A stretch of DNA of 64,000 nt from an uncultured Armatimonadia bacterium. Lineage in GTDB: Bacteria; Armatimonadota; Zipacnadia; CAVVLO01. Position numbers and translations under genes: made by a program. How positions within the stretch are numbered: position 1 is the first letter of the stretch; each line of letters opens with the position of its first letter. The stretch spans positions 480,001-544,000 of the forward strand of contig CAVVLO010000005.1 in NCBI GenBank assembly GCA_963749155.1, in the 5' to 3' direction. Positions 1 to 10,740 of this stretch are shown here, one piece after another. Under the pieces are notes generated by a model. It saw nothing but the letters and a program-made list of their open reading frames with translations. It did no database searches and was not told where the DNA came from.

Positions 1-133
1 CTTCGAGACTTCCAGGATGGATAAGCGCCTCTGCTCCCGCGGCAAGCTGCAACTCGCGCAGGTTGAGGCGGCAAGAAGCGGGGGTGGGCAGGTCTACTGG
101 CGCAGATTTCAAGACTAGCGGCAGCGCATAGCG

Positions 134-643
134 TTGTTCTGGCTTCGACACGAAGGTCACCTCTGGCTGGGATTCGGCAGGATTCTACACCCGAGGGGCG
201 AATCCCTGCCTGATACCACTCTTTCAGCAGAGGCAAGCCAGGTGGATAAACAGCGATTGAGAGACGCCTTTGAGGTCGTCGCGGGGCTTTCAAATCGGAA
301 CAAAGCTTTTGCCTGCGCCTTGCGCAGCTATATCACGCTGCTGTTTTGCCCAGCTCTTTGCGCGCTCGCGGGCTGGGCCACGGGGATGTATTTTCTCAAA
401 GTTAAACCTGCCTGCAAACGCGATCCGGTAGAAGAGTTTCGCTCGCTTGCCAGCCTCCAGCCGGAGGCGCCCAGCCTCTCATCGGCCGTTTATTCCAGCC
501 AGGGGGGCGACAAGTTTCACCTGCCTGGCTGCCGTTATCTGCCAGCCGACTCGAGGGTTGAACTGCTGTGGCACGAAAGCGCCCAGGAAGCAGTTCGCCA
601 GGGCCTGAAACCTTGTAAAGTCTGTCTTGGAGGCACCCAATAA
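134..643 (+). CDS. Membrane-anchored protein with C-terminal Ada-like zinc-binding domain (start uncertain)
   Basis: TM helix, then VYSSQGGDKFHLPGC...SAQEAVRQGLKPCKVC, the H/C-CxxC pattern of Ada metal-binding-like domains. An in-frame TAG at 116-118 leaves the 5' end unclear. Confidence 0.55.
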   Translation: MFWLRHEGHLWLGFGRILHPRGESLPDTTLSAEASQVDKQRLRDAFEVVAGLSNRNKAFACALRSYITLLFCPALCALAGWATGMYFLKVKPACKRDPVEEFRSLASLQPEAPSLSSAVYSSQGGDKFHLPGCRYLPADSRVELLWHESAQEAVRQGLKPCKVCLGGTQ

Positions 644-3235
644 TGCGTTTCTTGTTCTGGGCACTTTCTTTTGCTGCGCTTTTCTCTGCCGTGACTGCTC
701 TCGCCGCCGGCACCCAGTCCGTCGAGACAGGCTACTGGAAGCTCACCCTGGCCGAAGGCGCGCCGGTTGGGCTGTTTGCCGATGCCACAGGCGAAGGCCA
801 GTACGGTCCCAATCTGCTCTCTGCGAAAGCTTCGGACTGGAGCCCTCTCGGTTTCGAGGCGCTGGACCCGGCCACTCTTGCCCTGCCCCTCATCGAGGGT
901 ACCACCGTCGTCTGGGACCACGCTGCCGCGCTTGAAAGAGGCTTGCTGGCCTCAGCCGAACAAGGGGGCGTGCCTGCCGCGCTTGAGCCAGAGGCTACCC
1001 TCGGCCAGGATTTCGAAACCCAGGTGCGGGCCCGGCTCCGAGTCAGTGTGTGCACGCCCACCTGGAGCGCAACTGACAGTGCCGCAACACTCCGGCTGAA
1101 ACGCGAGGGGCCAGAGGGTCAACTAATCGCAGAGCAGCAATTCACCAAGGTGAAAGACAATGGCTGGCTCGAGCTGGAGACCACCGATATGGTGCCTGCA
1201 GGGCGGTACTATATTGAACTGGCAGAACCCAAGGGCACGATTGGCTGGTGGAGCGCTGGCACTGATAACTACCTTGCAGGCACAGCTTATGCGAGCGGCC
1301 AGCCAGTTGGGGGAGACCGCCAGTTCCGGGTCGAGGCTACGGTGGGCAAGTCGGCCAGGCTGACCTTGAGCTTCGAGGGCAACAAGCTGAATATGACCGC
1401 CGAGAAGGGCCGCAAGGGCGAGAAGCCCTCCCTCTACTGGGTGCTACCCTGGCAGAAGTCAGGTTATGAGACCGCCGATCCGAAGGTGGCGCCCTTCCAT
1501 CACTGCTATACCGATATTGATATGTATTATCCTGTCCACCAGTTCAAGCGCAGGCCGTATTCGGCGATGAGCGCGGCCAACTGGGTGCGTTTCGTCGGCA
1601 ACGGGGGCGCCGACCTGCTCTTCTCGGGCACCGCCGGTATCGGGCTGACTTTCTTCGAGGACTATATGGTCTTCGGATTCAACTCGACCGACCTGACCGT
1701 TGAGGTGCTGCCCCAGAATCAGCCAGTGCCAGCGCATTTCCCGACCTTCACAGGCTCGGATACAAAGCGGGCCGCGCTGACGACGGAGTTTCTCTACAGT
1801 CATGGGCTCAACTTTGGCGTAGGCACCGGCGCGCCCTGGAAGCACTGGCTATCACTTACTCTCGACTGGCAACGCAACAACCAGACCGATGCCAATACCA
1901 TCCAGATTAGCGACCAGTATGTCGTCGGAGGCCAGGTGCAAGCCAGCGGCTATGTGAACACCTGGGGGCCGACTATCGGCTGGCCGTTCCCCTTCAAGGA
2001 TGAGGACGGCGATGGCGCCAATGATTATGACACGCGTCATTTCTCGACCAATTCCAACTTCATCCTCGGGGCCTGGCGTCATTACTGTTTCACCCGGGAC
2101 AGGGCTTATCTGGACAAGCTGATGCCCTCGCTGCGGCTGGCGATGGAATATCAGCTCAGGCAACTGGGCGGCGAGAGCGGCATGCTGCTTGCCTAGTGGC
2201 GAGGGGCATACTGGCAAGCACGGCGGTATCCCCAGCAACTATTGGGACATCCTGCCCTTTGGGTGGAAGGACGCCTTCTCGAATTCGCTTTTCTACGGCA
2301 GCCTGCGCGCAATGGCCGAGCTGGAAGAGGCCTATGGGCAGCCGGAAGGCAGAAGCCCTGCAGAATACAGACAGCTCGCCAGGGTCGCGCATAAAGCTTA
2401 CGATGAGACTTTCTGGAACGAGGAAGCGGGTCGGTATGTCGGCTGCGTGGATATTGATGGCGTAGCGCACGACTATGGCTACACCTTCGTGAATATGCAG
2501 GCGTTGGCCTTCGGGCTGGGCGACGAGACCAAAGCGCGCCGTATATATGACTGGATGGAAACGGGCCTCACCAGCAGCGGTGAGGCCGATACCTACTCGC
2601 GCTGGGTGTTCGCGCCGAGGGCGAGCACCTTCCACAATCCGCCGGTGAGCGCCGCGCAGGAGCCACTGCCGAGTTGGTGGTTCTGGGGCTGGCTTGGCAC
2701 GCCCTTCGAGGCCCAGTGTCAGGATGGAGGGGCTATCCTCTACACCTCGTATGACGATGTGATGGCACGACTGCGCTATTTCAGCCCCGATAACGCCTGG
2801 GAGCGCTTCACCACGATTGTCGATCGCTATGCCGAGCCCGACCACTTGTCCGGAGGCGCGCCCCTCTTCCGGGGAGAAGACCCCCAGGGAGGGCCGGGAG
2901 GGCATGCGGGCTCCGTGGGCGTTGAGGGAGAGTTCCCCGAAAGTGGCATCGTGCCTTGCCTGTGGCTTTATGGTTTTGTCGGCGCGCAGCCAACCGTGGA
3001 GGGACTGAAGATACGTCCCAAACTCCCTCGCGCTCTGGAATGGGCAGGGGTGCGCGGTATCGCCTATGCCGGGGGCACGCTCAATCTGGAGGTCACGCCA
3101 GAGCTACTTACCTATTCGTTCCTTCGGGGAGATACGAAGCGCGAAGAGGTCGTCCAGATCCCTCGCGGCCAGGCCTGCCTGCTCAAACCTGATGGCAGCT
3201 TCGAGCTTGTTTCTGCCTTCGATAACTGGCCATAA
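643..3235 (+). CDS. Large secreted six-hairpin (alpha/alpha)6 glycoside hydrolase-like protein, split by a 1-nt frameshift near 2192
   Basis: Signal peptide. ORFs 643-2196 and 2189-3235 join as ...MLLA/SGEGHTGKHGG..., collinear with LMLASGDLHTGKPGG in the paralogue. Motifs DTRHFSTN..FILGAW and SNYWDILPFGWKDAF. Confidence 0.7.
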
Positions 3236-3246
3236 GGAGAAGCAAG

Positions 3247-5860
3247 ATGAAGCTGCTGGCGCTTCTCGTATTGCTCGCGCTTGCATCTGGGGCCCTGGCC
3301 GAGGTGAGTTTCGTGGAAAACGGCTACTGGCGTCTGGAATTACGGGAAGGCGAGCCGGTCGGCCTTTGGGCTGATCCGGCAGGCGCTTCGAACTGGAAGA
3401 CCAACCTGCTTTACGAGGGCGCTTCCGAAGAGGCGCGGAAGAGCGTCCTGCTTGGCTTCGAGGGCCTTCCTGCGGCAGGGCTTGGCGCGCCTCTTATCAG
3501 CCCTTCCAGAATCGAATGGCCAGAGGCAAACGCCCTCTCGACCATCACCGCGGTGGATACCTTCCGCGAATACGCCGAGAGCCTGCCCGTACCAGTGCCT
3601 GCGGAAGGCGCGCTGACCCAGACCTTCACTCCTGGGCGAAGAAGCGCGTATCACTTGCCAGGGGCGTTTCCCCACCTGGGCTGAGCCCGACTGCGGGATT
3701 ACCCTGAAGCTGCGGCAGGGCGGGCCAGAGGGGCCTGTCATCAGCCAGCTCGTAGTTGAGCACTTCGCGGATAATGACTGGATTGGACTGGACTCGGAGG
3801 GCTTCCTCCCCCCTGGCGTCTATGCTCTGGAGGCAAGCGCCCCGCGCGGTACTGTAGGCTGGTGGGCCTCCGCAACTGACAATTATTCTGACGGCCAGCC
3901 TTTGCGCGATGGGCAGCCGGCAGGGGAGGTCGGCGATTTCACCTTCCGCCTCATCGTGACGCGCAAGGTGCCTGCCCATTTTTCGATTGGACTGGATGGC
4001 CCCAGGCTTACCCTCGAAGCCAGTTGGCAAGCCGAGCCTCAGCCTCGCCTGCGCCTCTTGATGCCCTGGCAGCAAGAGGGCTATGAGGTGCGCGATGCGC
4101 GGGTATGCCCGTTCCGCCATTTTTATACCGAAAGCGACCTTTGGGTACCGATAGAACAGTTCAAACGCCGGCCCCTTGGCACAATCAACACTGGCACCTG
4201 GTGCCGCGCGGTGATGAACGAGGGCTACGATCTGCTTTTCGGCGATGGGCCAGGCACGGCTTTCCTCTTCCATCCTGACTGGGTGGAGGTGCAGATGGGC
4301 CGCGGCAAGCTGTCTATCGAGGCGCTGCCCGCCGGGCCGTATGCGCCCGGCCATTTTCCGAAGTTTACCGGCTCGGATGCGCGCGCGGCCGACCTGGCGA
4401 CCCAGTTCCTTTACAGTCACGGTCTCAATTTTGGCGGCGGCACGCCAGGCGACTGGAAACACTGGCACAGCCTCATCCTTGACTGGCAGGATAACTTCCA
4501 CAGTCGCTGGCAGCGCAGGCAGCTCGAAGAAGAATATCATCCTGGCCATATTATGGCCCCTGATGGTTATGTGAAATGCTGGGGCAATATCTCAGGCTGG
4601 CCTTTCCCCTACAAGGACGAAGACAAGAACGGCGAAAACGACTATGACACGCGCCATTTTGCGACCAACCCCAGTTTTATACTCGGCGCCTGGCGGCTGT
4701 ACTGCTTCAATCAGGACAGCGACCTGCTGGCCAAGATGATGCCCAATCTGCGCCTTGCGATGCGTTTTATGCTGGAGGACTGCGAGGGGGACACTGGCCT
4801 GATGCTGGCTAGCGGCGACTTGCACACGGGCAAACCCGGCGGCATCGGAAGCAACTACTGGGACATCCTGCCCTTCGGCTGGAAGGATGCCTTCTCGGAT
4901 TCGCTCTTTGTGGCTTCTCTGGTCGCGATGGCCCAGCTTGAAGAGGCTTATGGCAAGGGCGATGGGTACTCTCCAGAGGCCCTCCGGGCCCTTGCAGAAG
5001 AGGGAAAGCGCCTCTTTGACGAGGCCTTCTGGCTTCCGGAGGTAGGGCGCTGGGCGGGCTGCGTGGACGTGGACGGCAAGGCCTGGGATTATGGCTTCAC
5101 CTTCATCAACACGCAGGCGCTGGCGCTTGGGCTTGGCGATGGCGAAAAAGCCAGGCAGGTCTATGACTGGATGGAGAAAGGCCTCTCCAGCGAGGGCAAA
5201 GCGGACATCTACAGCAAGTGGATATTCGCCCCGCGCGCGACGACCCTGGACAACCCGCTGGTGAAGGGGCCGCAAGAGCCTCTCCCAAGCTGGTGGGCGA
5301 TGAACTGGCCTGGCACCGAGTTCAATGACCAGTGCCAGGACGGGGGCGCCATCCTCTATACCTCTTTCGACGACCTGATGGCGCGGGCGCGCTGGCTGGG
5401 CTCGGGCAGCGCCTGGCAGCGTTTCAGCGAGATACTGGACAGGTATGCGATGCCTGACCGACTGGCCGGTGGAAGTCCCCTTTCGCGCGGCGAGAAGACG
5501 CAGGGTGGGCCAGGCGGCAGCGCCGGATCGGTGGGTGTCGAAGGCGAATTCCCCGAAAGCGGGATGGTGCCCTGTTATTGGCTCTACGGCCTCGTAGGCG
5601 CGCAGCCCGACATCCGGGGCCTGCTCGTTCAGCCAAGATTGCCGGAGGCGCTGGAATGGGCCGGCGTCGAGGGGCTGATTTATGCCGGAGGGCGTATGAC
5701 CCTCACCTCGCGCCCCTCCGAGGTAAGCTATATCTGGGAAAAGGGCGAGCGGAAAGTTGAAGAGGCGGTTGCTCTTCCGGAGGGGAAGGCGCTGCTCATC
5801 AAAGCCGATGGCAGCAACGAGGTCGTAGAGGGCTTCCTGCCTACCGCGGGAGCACTATAA
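3247..5860 (+). CDS. Tandem paralogue of the preceding glycoside hydrolase-like protein, frameshift near 3631
   Basis: RBS AAGGAG and signal peptide. After a +1 shift it reads LGEEARITCQGRFPTWAEPDCGITLKLRQGGPEG, matching CTPTWSATDSAATLRLKREGPEG of paralogue 1, and continues in the 3902-5860 frame. Confidence 0.7.
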
Positions 5861-7889
5861 ACTCATCGGGCTTCTCGTCCCCGTCACCAAGTGAGCCTGT
5901 GGCAAGCAGTTCCGCCCCCAGGTTTATCTCGAGGAACCATTGGCCGAATTCTTCGTCCCATTCGACGTGGAGGCTGGCCTCCGGATGGCGCTCCAGCAGT
6001 TTGGCAACGCGCTCATCCGCAAGGCAGACCGCTTTGGCGGCAGCCTCGTCATAGACAAGCTTGAGCGCGCCCTGACGCGCCAGCAATTCCAGCTCCAGCT
6101 CGGTCAGCGGAGTAGGCGGCGGGGGAGGGGCAAGTGCGAATTGCTCCAAAGTCGGTCTTAGTTCAACAAGCCAGGAAGCCTCGGGCCAGGCGGCCTCGGG
6201 CGCCTGCATAAAACGCAGGAATCCCCTGTAGCCAGCGCTTGCCAATAGCTCGCAATAGCGTTCCATCGCTGCTTTGGACGGGAAGGCTGTCCTCGCGCCG
6301 AGGTCGCTGTCAGGGCTGTCGACAGGCGAAGCGAAAGAGCGCCAGCCGAACTCGCCTGCGATCAGCAATTTGGTAGTGCCAGTTTCGGCCTCGAGCGACT
6401 TCCACCAGAGGGCAAAGCCCGTCAAATCGAAGGGAGTGCGCCCATCTGGCGATACCAGCACTGCCTTGCCAGTCGGCAACTCGACCACCTGGCCATACTG
6501 GTTGCGCGAAAGCCCATCCAGCCCGGCCATCAACGCTGCCTTTTGGAGGCCCAGATAAGCCTCCGGAGGGCCTTCCAGTCCCGCCGCGGCGAGCAGCACC
6601 GGCACGTTGCCCAGTTCTTGTTTTATCAGCCCCGCGCAGGCGGCCAGCGCTTCACCATAAAGCTTCAGGCGGAACTCGTCCTGCAGCGCCGATATCGCCT
6701 CAAGCTGGGCCTGGGAGGCAAAAAGGCCAAAAAGCCCTGGCGGTCCTTCTTCCAGCGGGTCTGGCCCTGTCTGGCTGATTAGCGGAGGCACCTGCCAGGG
6801 CGCCTCTTCGAGGCTTGTCCAGGCGGTGCCAAGGGCTGCGTTGAGGCCCGTTATATCGCCATATTTGGCAGCTAGAAAGCCCCTCCACTTCGCCATTACG
6901 GGCTCATCGTCCGAGAAGTCCGGATACACCGCGGAAGTCAGGGGCAGCGGGTAAGAATTGCACTCATCCTCAAGCAAGGCGCCCCTCAGGCCGGAGGCGC
7001 GCAGATGAGGCGCGAGCGCCTTCAAGGCGCCCTCGAAACGCGCCAGCACGGAAGGCTTCCAAAGGGCGGCCAGGCTCGAGGGAAGAGTCTCCAGCGTGCC
7101 AGGCACCCGTAATTCGACCATCACGACAAAGGCGATATCGCCCTTCAGGGGGATTTTTGCGGCGTCCAGTTCGAGCTGGATTGCCCTGGGCGAGCTCGCA
7201 GAGCCTGTCTCCAAAGGCAGGAACTGAGCGTTATCGTCCTCATCCAGTTGAGGTTGCCTGCGCCGCACGAGCTTGCGTTCGCGCACGGCCCGGGTAACCT
7301 CGACCGAGGCCCCCGTGACCTCATCCAGCGCCCAGATGCGCACCGGAGCGCTTTCCAGACCGTAAAAGGGGAAGGGGCTGCCAGGCCCAATCAGGCGCGA
7401 TTCCAGTTTGACTTCTTTGGCACCGGGGTCGAGATGGCGCCAGTTGACCTGCTTAACCTGATAGGTTAGCCAGTCTTCTTTGGGCAGCGCTTGCGGGCCG
7501 CGGTCGAGGGGAGAGGGTAATAAGCCCCCCAGCGCAACGAAGTAGGTCGCGCCCCCCTCAGAGAGAGTGCGCGCGCGCTGGGCCAGTTTCACGGTCTGCT
7601 GAAGCTTCTCGGTGGCGTCAAGCCCTGTGGCGAAGCCTGGCGGGGCTGCCAGCACAAAGTGGTCGAGGCCAAGTCTCCCAAGCCCCTCTACGTCCCCCAG
7701 GCCCGTAAAGCCGATCGGCACGAGAGGGACGCCTTCCCAGACGAGGAGGCCCGAGGCGTCGATATGCCAGTTTTGCCCGAGGTAGTCGCCCTCGGTGCGC
7801 TGCAGCAACTGGCTCCAGGCTCCCGCAGCCAGGCCAAGCAGCAACAAGATTATGAACAGGGCGCGCATCAGGACTAGATTCCACGTCAA
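5841..7889 (-). CDS. Secreted protein with GH42/beta-galactosidase-like segment
   Basis: Signal peptide MRALFIILLLLGLAAGAWS; WRGFLAAKYGDITGLNAALGTAWTSLEE motif; AGEFGW nucleophile-like motif. Confidence 0.55.
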   Translation of the reverse strand: MTWNLVLMRALFIILLLLGLAAGAWSQLLQRTEGDYLGQNWHIDASGLLVWEGVPLVPIGFTGLGDVEGLGRLGLDHFVLAAPPGFATGLDATEKLQQTVKLAQRARTLSEGGATYFVALGGLLPSPLDRGPQALPKEDWLTYQVKQVNWRHLDPGAKEVKLESRLIGPGSPFPFYGLESAPVRIWALDEVTGASVEVTRAVRERKLVRRRQPQLDEDDNAQFLPLETGSASSPRAIQLELDAAKIPLKGDIAFVVMVELRVPGTLETLPSSLAALWKPSVLARFEGALKALAPHLRASGLRGALLEDECNSYPLPLTSAVYPDFSDDEPVMAKWRGFLAAKYGDITGLNAALGTAWTSLEEAPWQVPPLISQTGPDPLEEGPPGLFGLFASQAQLEAISALQDEFRLKLYGEALAACAGLIKQELGNVPVLLAAAGLEGPPEAYLGLQKAALMAGLDGLSRNQYGQVVELPTGKAVLVSPDGRTPFDLTGFALWWKSLEAETGTTKLLIAGEFGWRSFASPVDSPDSDLGARTAFPSKAAMERYCELLASAGYRGFLRFMQAPEAAWPEASWLVELRPTLEQFALAPPPPPTPLTELELELLARQGALKLVYDEAAAKAVCLADERVAKLLERHPEASLHVEWDEEFGQWFLEINLGAELLATGSLGDGDEKPDEFIVLPR

Positions 7890-7920
7890 AGAGGCTTCTC
7901 CCTGCCCCTCACCTGGCCCC

Positions 7921-10656
7921 CTACTTCAACAGGAAGAGCGCCGGTTCCAGCGTCAGCGTCACAGGCACTGCGGGCAGCGCGTTCCCATACTGGTTAAGCG
8001 CCTTGCGCACCAGGCTTGCGCCCACTGGGGGCGCGACCGGCTCGCCCAGGCTCCAACCATATGCGAACTTCCCGGCACTTGGGCTTTCGAATACATACCA
8101 CTTGAGCGATTCGGTGGATTCGTCCGCCACGAGCTTCGCATCGTGCAGATAGCGAGCGCAAAGCCGGAAGGTGAAGGCCGCAGGTTTCGGGCTGAAGTCG
8201 GTCCTCAATATCGAGAAGCTGGCATGTTCCCACGCCGAGAACCAAAGATACTTTTCGATGTAGGGGGTCGCGGCTGTCTCCACGAAGACTTTGGTCAGGT
8301 AAGTCGCCTGTTCAGGCTCGGAAACTACCCAGCCTGGGACGAGAAAGTCGTCCACAGTATTCCAGCCCGCTTCGCCTATCCACAGATTATGGCTTCCTCC
8401 CGCCTGCTCGATAAGGTTATGGAAGTTGCGCATCCCGTCCAGCCAGGCGGACCTGCCTGGGTCAGGCAAGTTTAGGAAATTGGGCGAAGCTTCATCGGGA
8501 TCATAACCACCAACATAAGGATGCACTTCGATGGCGTCGCAGTATTCGAGCACGCCCAGGTCCAGTGCCCCCTTGTAAAAGGGCATATCTGTCGAGGCCA
8601 GGCCGATTCCCAGCAGTTTCGAGTCAGGATCAGCTGCTTTGCTGGCTTCGCGAGTCGTCTTGAGCATCGCCATATAGGCCTCGGGGTTGGCCCATTCGCC
8701 CGAGTAGAGAGTCAGGTTGGGCTCGTTCCAGGGGATCCACCAGGTGATGCGCCCCTTGTACCGGCTCACGACCGTATATACATAGTCATACCAGTCTTCG
8801 AGTGAATCGGGGGGTTGTTTGTATTGCAGCAGGTTCTCGTCTTCCTCGATGACAGGCTTCGCGCGCGACCAGTCAGGCACCGGATCCTCCCACTGGAAGG
8901 TGGGCACCAGTTCAATGCCCGCTTCCTCGGCCCAGGCAACCAACTCGTCCATCCGGGTGAAGTCCCAGGTATCAGGGGCTGGCTCTACTTCGCTCCACTT
9001 GATGGGCAGCCTATACCAGCTTGAGCCCAGTTCTGCAATCTGCTGGAAGAACTCGCGATTGGGGACGTTCCAGAAACAACCAGCTAGCCCAACGGGGCTG
9101 GCTTCCTTTTGCCAGGCGCGGGCCGAGGTAGAATCCACCACCAGTCCATTAGAGCCAGTCGTCGTCTCGCCCGAAGCATAAGTCAGCTTTACATTGAGCC
9201 AGTAGGTACCCTCGGCCAGGGTTGAGGGCAGTTGAAGCGTGGCCCTGTTGGAGGTCCCTGCGGCGTCGACTTGCAGCTTTACGTTCTGACTGCCTTCGAA
9301 GGCCAGCCTGGTCAAGCCTGCTGGTCGCAAGGAGAAGTCAAGCTTCGCCGCGCCTTCTGCGCCCTCTGGACAGGGCAGCCTCAGATTTATCTCGACTGGC
9401 GCGCCAGGCGCAACCCGGCCAAGTGGGGAAGGCACCGGCACTTCGAGCCTGGGCACAGGCCGGCCCTCGAAGCTCTCAGAGAAGGACGGCTCGGGCAGAC
9501 TTTGTTCAATCCCCTGAGCAAGCTCGACAATTTGGGCGTCAGTGAGCTGCAAGGCCCAGGCGCGCGCCTCGTCAATCAGGCAGCGGCTGACGGTAGAGCC
9601 TGAGGCGTTCCAGAGCTGACTGCCCAGCGAGAAGACTCCTGCCGGGTCGCTGACAGGCCCTGTGTAGCCTCCCATCAGGCCCTTTACGCCGTCTACATAG
9701 AGCGCCTGGCCCGCTGGACCCCAGGTGATGGCCACGTGATGCCATTCTCCGGCAGGCCATTCGGTTGGCGCTACGGTCAGTTCCTTCTTGTTAATCATAA
9801 AAATAAGCTGTTTCCCCTGCGAAAAGAAGAGCAGGGCCGCCCCATCCAGGCCTGTATAGAAAGGCAGATTGTGCCAGGTAAATATCCCGGCAAAATCAGC
9901 TAGCTGGCTGACAGGCACTACAGGGCAAATCCAGAAGGCCAAAGTGCCAACTTCGGCTTTTAAAACGCCAGCCGCCTCGAAAATTGTGCTTGCGCCCGGC
10001 TTTTCGAAACTGGCGGCCAGGCCAGACTTGCCTTGCGCAAAGCTCACCTGATGGGTGGCGCCAAGCTCAAAGCCGCTTGTTTCAACAGGCACGCGAGGCC
10101 CTGAGAGCAACTCGACTTTCAAATCGTCATACCAGATGCGCCCAGTTGTCCCGCCGACAGCGAGGCCGATTATTAGCGTCTTGAGACCGGTGGGCACACT
10201 GAAACCTTTACTGTAGGTGCGGAATTCTCCACCGGTGTCCGAATCGTTTATCAACGCGACCGAGCTGTATTTATCTACATCGCTGAACATTACGAGCGCA
10301 GGCGCTGACAGTCCCTCGCAGCGCGCCTTCACGGACAACTGAACCCATTTGCCGCCCCAACTGGCAGGCTCGAGTGCCATCGCGACGGCGAACATCTCGT
10401 CATTGGCAGGAGTTGGTTCCAGTCTTAAGGATTGCTTGCCCCCGGCAAAAACTTCGCTGTCGAGCGCCCATTTGCCTCTGGGAGCAAGTTCCGGGATATC
10501 AAAAACCCAGCCAGGGGGAGGACCGGCTGTCTCGAAGCCCTCTTCAATTGGGGCAGCGGGCGCCAGTTGAGCTGGAGCCTTCCCGCAGGTCATTGCCAGC
10601 AAAGCTATTAACACAAGCCCAATAACCATCATTGCCATACGCCCTCGCTTTCCCAT
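7921..10656 (-). CDS. Secreted multidomain glycoside hydrolase (CBM-like + LamG/ConA-like + clan GH-A, GH39/GH5-like catalytic domain)
   Basis: WYDDLKVE (CBM4/9-like); GEWHHVAITW...LYVDG...IDEARAW (LamG); WNEPN acid/base and WIGEAG nucleophile motifs. Confidence 0.75.
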   Translation of the reverse strand: MGKRGRMAMMVIGLVLIALLAMTCGKAPAQLAPAAPIEEGFETAGPPPGWVFDIPELAPRGKWALDSEVFAGGKQSLRLEPTPANDEMFAVAMALEPASWGGKWVQLSVKARCEGLSAPALVMFSDVDKYSSVALINDSDTGGEFRTYSKGFSVPTGLKTLIIGLAVGGTTGRIWYDDLKVELLSGPRVPVETSGFELGATHQVSFAQGKSGLAASFEKPGASTIFEAAGVLKAEVGTLAFWICPVVPVSQLADFAGIFTWHNLPFYTGLDGAALLFFSQGKQLIFMINKKELTVAPTEWPAGEWHHVAITWGPAGQALYVDGVKGLMGGYTGPVSDPAGVFSLGSQLWNASGSTVSRCLIDEARAWALQLTDAQIVELAQGIEQSLPEPSFSESFEGRPVPRLEVPVPSPLGRVAPGAPVEINLRLPCPEGAEGAAKLDFSLRPAGLTRLAFEGSQNVKLQVDAAGTSNRATLQLPSTLAEGTYWLNVKLTYASGETTTGSNGLVVDSTSARAWQKEASPVGLAGCFWNVPNREFFQQIAELGSSWYRLPIKWSEVEPAPDTWDFTRMDELVAWAEEAGIELVPTFQWEDPVPDWSRAKPVIEEDENLLQYKQPPDSLEDWYDYVYTVVSRYKGRITWWIPWNEPNLTLYSGEWANPEAYMAMLKTTREASKAADPDSKLLGIGLASTDMPFYKGALDLGVLEYCDAIEVHPYVGGYDPDEASPNFLNLPDPGRSAWLDGMRNFHNLIEQAGGSHNLWIGEAGWNTVDDFLVPGWVVSEPEQATYLTKVFVETAATPYIEKYLWFSAWEHASFSILRTDFSPKPAAFTFRLCARYLHDAKLVADESTESLKWYVFESPSAGKFAYGWSLGEPVAPPVGASLVRKALNQYGNALPAVPVTLTLEPALFLLK

Positions 10657-10740
10657 TTTATCCTCCGTAGTTTCAGGACAACTCGTCTGCTACACTACTG
10701 AGTACGCTTTTGGCAAGCTACTGGTTGCGCAGGTGAATCC

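Noticed and set aside
2189..2200. TAG readthrough (pyrrolysine or recoding) in the first hydrolase
   Set aside because: The continuation is in another frame, and the paralogue shows a single extra base rather than an in-frame amber codon.
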